From Calditrichales bacterium (GTDB taxonomy: Bacteria; Calditrichota; Calditrichia; Calditrichales; J004), in NCBI GenBank assembly GCA_015493745.1, contig WGCN01000036.1:9799-73798 (forward strand): a DNA stretch of 64,000 nt. Reading direction: 5' to 3'. This document shows, one piece after another, positions 59,415-64,000 of this stretch (position 1 is its first letter; the number at the start of each line of letters is the position of its first letter). The position numbers and the translations under genes were made by a program. Under the pieces are notes generated by a model. It saw only the letters and a list, made by a program, of their open reading frames with translations. It was not told where the DNA came from and ran no database searches.

Positions 59415-62400
59415 ATGAAACTAATTTTGTTCCTGCTCTTTGGCGGTCTGTTTTTGGCCGCGGAAGCTGCGCAACCGTTCGATTCACTTTATAAGGATTT
59501 AAGCTGGCGTGAGCTGGGCCCCTTTCGCGGGGGGCGTTCGGCGGCGGTGGCCGGTGATCTTACCGATCCCATGCGTTTTTACTTTGGCGCCACCGGCGGT
59601 GGTGTTTGGCAAACGGATAACGGCGGCCAAAGCTGGCGCAATATTTCCGATAAATTCTTCGGCGGTTCCATCGGGGCCGTGGCGGTCAGCCCTTCAGACA
59701 GGAATGTGATCTATGTGGGCGGGGGAGAGGTAACGATACGCGGTAATGTGTCCCATGGCGAAGGCATGTGGAAAAGCGATGATCGAGGTAAAACCTGGAA
59801 ACACATCGGTTTGGAAGACAGCCGTCATATTCCGCGCATACGCATCCATCCGCAAAACCCGGATATCGTCTATGTGGCGGCCCTGGGCCATCTGTTTGGG
59901 CCCAACAGACAGCGCGGCGTTTACCGTACCACCGACGGCGGCAAGAGCTGGAAGCGCATCCTCTTTGTCGATGAAAATACCGGCGCGGTGGATATTGCCA
60001 TGGACCCCCATAATCCGCGCATTCTCTTTGCCTCTTTTTGGCAGGTCAGGCGAACGCCCTATAGCCTAAGCAGCGGCGGCCCGGGTTCCTCTATCTGGAA
60101 ATCGACCGATGGCGGGGATACCTGGAAGAATATCACCCGCAATAAGGGATTGCCGCGCGGCGTAATCGGCATCAGCGGCCTTTCCGTTTCCGGGGCCAAT
60201 AGCGACCGTGTTTACGCCATTGTGGAAGCAAAGGATGGTGGTGTTTTCCGTTCCGATAACGGGGGCCATAGCTGGAAACGCATCAATAAGGAAAGAAAGC
60301 TGCGCCAACGCGCCTGGTATTACACGCGCATCTATGCCGATCCGCAAAATGCCGACGTAGTCTATGTGCTCAATGTGCGTTTCTGGAAGTCGAAGGATGG
60401 GGGTAAATCCTTCAATGCCATCCGCACCCCGCATGGCGATCATCACGATCTGTGGATTAATCCCCAAAAGCCGGATGTGATGATTGTGGGAGATGACGGC
60501 GGGGCGCAGGTTACCTACAATGGCGGAAAGGATTGGTCCACCTATTATAACCAACCCACGGCGCAATTCTACCGGGTAACAACGGACAACCATTTTCCCT
60601 ATCGCATCTATGCCGCCCAGCAGGATAACTCGGCCATCCGCATTAGCAGCCGTTCGGACGGTTGGGGCGTGGGCGAAGAGGACTGGGAAAGCACGGCGGG
60701 AGGGGAAAGCGCCCATCTGGCGCCCAAGCCCGATAATGACAATGTCGTATTCGGCGGCTCCTATGACGGCTTGTTAACGCGCTACAATCACGCCAACGGG
60801 CAAAGACGCGTGGTGGATGTCTGGCCCGATAATCCGATGGGCCACGGGGCGATTGATCTTAAATACCGCTTCCAGTGGAATTTTCCCATACTATTTTCGC
60901 CTCATGACGCCAATACCCTTTACGCCGCGGCCAATGTGCTGTTTAAGTCCGTCAACGAAGGACAAAGCTGGCAGGCCATCAGTCCCGATTTGACCCGTAA
61001 TGACACGACCAAGATGAAATCCTCCGGCGGGCCGATCACCCAGGACAACACCAGCATCGAGTATTACGGCACTATTTTCGCCGTGGCCGAGAGTCCCCTT
61101 AAAGCGGGTGTGATCTGGAGCGGTTCCGATGACGGCCTGATCCATGTGACCCGCGACGGCGGTAAAAGCTGGAAAAATGTTACACCGCCCAAAAGAATGA
61201 TGCCCGAATGGATACAAATCAACAGTATTGAGGCCGATCCCTTTAACGCGGGCGGATTATATGTGGCGGCCACCATGTATAAGTGGGATGACCTCCGTCC
61301 CTATCTCTATTATACCGCCGATTACGGCCAAAGCTGGAAAAAAATTACATCCGGTCTGCCCCGGGATCAGTTTACGCGCGTTATTCGTGCCGACGGGAAG
61401 CAACCGGGCCTGCTTTTCGCGGGGACGGAGAAGGGCGTCTGGTTTTCCCTGAACAACGGCGGGAAGTGGCGCCCCCTGCAACTGAATCTGCCCGTGGTTC
61501 CGGTCACCGATATGGCCGTAAAGGGTAATGACCTGATCGTGGCCACGCAGGGGCGTTCCCTGTGGGTGCTGGATAATTTCAGTCCCCTGCGGCACCTGAA
61601 AAGTCCGGCTCTCAAAAAGAACAGCTTGTTGCCGGTGGAAGCGGCTTACCGCGTTAACGGCAGCCGGGGCGGTTCATTGCTGCGCGGCCAAAACCCGCCG
61701 AACGGCGTGGTTATGGACTATATTTGGCAAACCCTGCCGGACAGCGCCGGCGTCATGTTGAAAATCCTGGATGGCGAGGGCCGGCTGATCCGCTCCTTTA
61801 AGCCGGGAGACAAGAAGAATACAATGCCGCTTAAACCCGGACATAATCGTTTTGTATGGGATATGCGCTATCCCGATACGGAACGCTTTAAGGGAATGAT
61901 TTTGTGGTTTGGCAGTACCCGCGGGCCCAAAGCCGTTCCCGGAAAGTATAAGGCGCGTCTGGTTTTCGGCAAGGATTCCCTGGAGCAGGATTTTACCATA
62001 TTAAAGGATCCCCGTGTGGCCGCCGAAACGGCCGATTTTCAGGAGCAATTTGAGTTTCTGTCGGAAAATAACCGGCGGATGGAACGCATTATAAAAAATA
62101 TCAAAAGCATCCGGGCAGTGCGGGCGGATATAAAAAGGTTTATCTCTTCCCTGTCTGAACATAGCAGCGTCACCGACAGTCTGAAAAAGAAAGGGCAATC
62201 CCTGGTTAAAAAGCTGACCGCTATCGAGGAGAAACTGTACCAGACCAAAAACCGCAGCCCGCAGGATCCGCTTAACTTTCCCACGCGGCTGGTAAGCAAA
62301 ATGGCTACGCTGACGGCTATGATGGGTATGGGCGACTTTAAACCGACCGATCAGGCCTATGAAGTACGCAATGAACTCTGGAAGCAGATTAAGCCGTTAT

Positions 62401-62507
62401 TGAAACAGACCGAGCGCCTTTTGAATGAAGATATTCCGGCATTGAACGCATCGATCCATCAGTGGAAGATACCGGTGATCGTTGTACCGGACGGGGGGGA
62501 CTCCTGA
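59415..62507 (+). CDS. large secreted BNR/Asp-box (VPS10/sortilin-like) glycosyl-hydrolase-like protein
   Basis: Signal peptide; WR.LGP.RGGR; many S/TxDxGxS/TW Asp-boxes; C-terminal FVWDMRY and coiled-coil. Confidence 0.85.
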   Translation: MKLILFLLFGGLFLAAEAAQPFDSLYKDLSWRELGPFRGGRSAAVAGDLTDPMRFYFGATGGGVWQTDNGGQSWRNISDKFFGGSIGAVAVSPSDRNVIYVGGGEVTIRGNVSHGEGMWKSDDRGKTWKHIGLEDSRHIPRIRIHPQNPDIVYVAALGHLFGPNRQRGVYRTTDGGKSWKRILFVDENTGAVDIAMDPHNPRILFASFWQVRRTPYSLSSGGPGSSIWKSTDGGDTWKNITRNKGLPRGVIGISGLSVSGANSDRVYAIVEAKDGGVFRSDNGGHSWKRINKERKLRQRAWYYTRIYADPQNADVVYVLNVRFWKSKDGGKSFNAIRTPHGDHHDLWINPQKPDVMIVGDDGGAQVTYNGGKDWSTYYNQPTAQFYRVTTDNHFPYRIYAAQQDNSAIRISSRSDGWGVGEEDWESTAGGESAHLAPKPDNDNVVFGGSYDGLLTRYNHANGQRRVVDVWPDNPMGHGAIDLKYRFQWNFPILFSPHDANTLYAAANVLFKSVNEGQSWQAISPDLTRNDTTKMKSSGGPITQDNTSIEYYGTIFAVAESPLKAGVIWSGSDDGLIHVTRDGGKSWKNVTPPKRMMPEWIQINSIEADPFNAGGLYVAATMYKWDDLRPYLYYTADYGQSWKKITSGLPRDQFTRVIRADGKQPGLLFAGTEKGVWFSLNNGGKWRPLQLNLPVVPVTDMAVKGNDLIVATQGRSLWVLDNFSPLRHLKSPALKKNSLLPVEAAYRVNGSRGGSLLRGQNPPNGVVMDYIWQTLPDSAGVMLKILDGEGRLIRSFKPGDKKNTMPLKPGHNRFVWDMRYPDTERFKGMILWFGSTRGPKAVPGKYKARLVFGKDSLEQDFTILKDPRVAAETADFQEQFEFLSENNRRMERIIKNIKSIRAVRADIKRFISSLSEHSSVTDSLKKKGQSLVKKLTAIEEKLYQTKNRSPQDPLNFPTRLVSKMATLTAMMGMGDFKPTDQAYEVRNELWKQIKPLLKQTERLLNEDIPALNASIHQWKIPVIVVPDGGDS

Positions 62508-62599
62508 TCGTACAAAAACGGAGCGCGTGGGGGAAAGCGTTAAAGTAGAGGAAAAAAAAGACCGACAAACACGATACATCATTAGTGGGAGAATCTTAT

Positions 62600-64000
62600 A
62601 TGTATCGTTATTTACTGATTGTGTTGGTATCCGGTTTAATGTCGGTCGTTTCCGCGCAGCATGGCGTGGGCGCCGGTTGGGGCGATCGGGTTGAACTGCC
62701 CCTGCCTCAGGGCTCCAATAGTGTCCGGGGTTTTTTATATAAAAATTCCGTGGCCTTTAGCAATAATAAGCGCGTCATCTTCATGAACAATGAGGACACC
62801 GGCGGCGGCATCTATTATACTTATAGCTACGATGGCAAAACATGGTCGGACCCGGTGCAATTCAAGCCGGTGAATGTTCCGGGCATTAACAGCACCAAGA
62901 TATACCGGGATAACCGGGACCGGCTGCATGTTGTGTGGGCCCGTCCCAAACCAAAGGCCCTCTACTACACGCAAATGGACAGCGCCCTGAACGTGGTTAT
63001 CGATTCCATGAGGATAGCCTCATCCCCCCGCAATAACAGTTATAACGGTGTTTACCTCACCGTAGACCTGAATGACCGTCTGCATGTGATGTGGCATGAA
63101 GGAGATTCCAAAACCGAAATAACCGAATGCTACTACAGCCGTTCCACCGACTCCGGCGAAAGCTGGAGCGCGCCGCAACTGATCAGTAAAGATGACGGCA
63201 AGGCTTCCGCCTTTCCCCGGGGACAGTTTGGCGCCTATGGCGGTGATTCACTGATGATTGCCTGGAGGGACAATGTGAGCTTTTCGCCGGAAAACTGGGA
63301 CCTCCATTTTGTAACCAGTACCGATGGCGGCGTTTCCTGGTCGGAAGTAACAAATCTCAATTCCAGTTCCGATTTCCAGGGAGACCCCGATGTTGTGGTT
63401 GACCCGGGCGGCCGTATTCACATGGTTTATCATCAATACCCGCAAAGCGATCCCTACAATGGCATGCGTATTGTTTATGGGTATTCGGATGATTTTGGAA
63501 AGAGCTGGAAACCTTCCCCGCAGTTTAAGAACGTTATCTCGGACGACTCACGAAGTGAACTGGCCGAGGGAACGCATTACCAGATATCCACCGGTACTTT
63601 GTGGACTTTCTGGAAGGATGAGTCCGAGCGCAAGGACGGCGGGGGAATAAATATAAAGACGGCTTATTCCACCGACAGGGGAGAAAGCTGGTCCACCCCC
63701 GAATATATTACCGATTTTGGCAACAGCCCGATTGGCTTTAAGGCCATACTAGTATTGCCCGACGGCTCCGTGGGCCTGAACTATGAAGTGCCCAACTATC
63801 CCGACTCGGGTCTCTATCGTGTTTTTTACCGTGAGCGCACCCCCGTGGTTACCGCCATAAAAGAGCCCGATGTCAGGCAGCCACGATCCTTCACTTTGGC
63901 GCAAAACAGCCCTAATCCCTTTAACCCCTCCACCGTATTGTCCTTTACCCTGAAACGGGCGGGCGAGGTGCGGCTATCCGTTTACGATGTACGCGGCCGA
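62600..64000 (+). CDS. secreted sialidase-like Asp-box protein with T9SS-type (Por secretion tail) C-terminal domain, 3'-partial
   Basis: Manual translation from ATG 62600 (GGGAG RBS) is open to the window end: signal peptide, five Asp-boxes, then FTLAQNSPNPFNPST...VRLSVYDVRGR; absent from the ORF track because it has no stop. Confidence 0.85.
   Translation, partial: MYRYLLIVLVSGLMSVVSAQHGVGAGWGDRVELPLPQGSNSVRGFLYKNSVAFSNNKRVIFMNNEDTGGGIYYTYSYDGKTWSDPVQFKPVNVPGINSTKIYRDNRDRLHVVWARPKPKALYYTQMDSALNVVIDSMRIASSPRNNSYNGVYLTVDLNDRLHVMWHEGDSKTEITECYYSRSTDSGESWSAPQLISKDDGKASAFPRGQFGAYGGDSLMIAWRDNVSFSPENWDLHFVTSTDGGVSWSEVTNLNSSSDFQGDPDVVVDPGGRIHMVYHQYPQSDPYNGMRIVYGYSDDFGKSWKPSPQFKNVISDDSRSELAEGTHYQISTGTLWTFWKDESERKDGGGINIKTAYSTDRGESWSTPEYITDFGNSPIGFKAILVLPDGSVGLNYEVPNYPDSGLYRVFYRERTPVVTAIKEPDVRQPRSFTLAQNSPNPFNPSTVLSFTLKRAGEVRLSVYDVRGR

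Overview
A 64 kb bacterial chromosomal segment with about 60 genes, all on the + strand except one. Gene order and a C-terminal 'QNxPNPFNPST' sorting domain suggest Calditrichota or an Ignavibacteria-like FCB-related lineage (inference). In order: (1) tail of an LPS/envelope glycosyltransferase operon ending in msbA and DUF3108; (2) a probable sigma54-driven operon of a J-domain-less DnaJ_C protein, a small membrane protein and sodA; (3) rimP-nusA-infB-DUF503-rbfA-truB-ribF-rpsO-pnp with a rimP leader attenuator, followed by an M16 peptidase, a catalytically altered Ald paralogue, a polysaccharide deacetylase and a cytochrome c; (4) a DHH protein, arcC and sucCD-ndk; (5) yceD-rpmF-plsX-fabHDG-acpP-fabF-rnc; (6) wecB, an AT-rich ~11 kb Wzx/Wzy polysaccharide cassette, a Wzi-like gene and two coupled fusion genes; (7) cydAB, a small divergent gene, serS-plsC-upp and two secreted BNR/Asp-box proteins. 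The most notable feature is the fusion pair at 48642-53176: a motif-intact WecA/MraY-type polytopic PGT and a WbbL-like GT2 each carry a C-terminal WbaP/WcaJ-type module that has lost the catalytic Asp-Glu dyad, possibly a pseudo-enzyme scaffold linking the first two steps of glycan initiation. No rRNA, tRNA, CRISPR array, transposase or integrase was recognised. All family calls come from reading motifs by eye, not from database searches.
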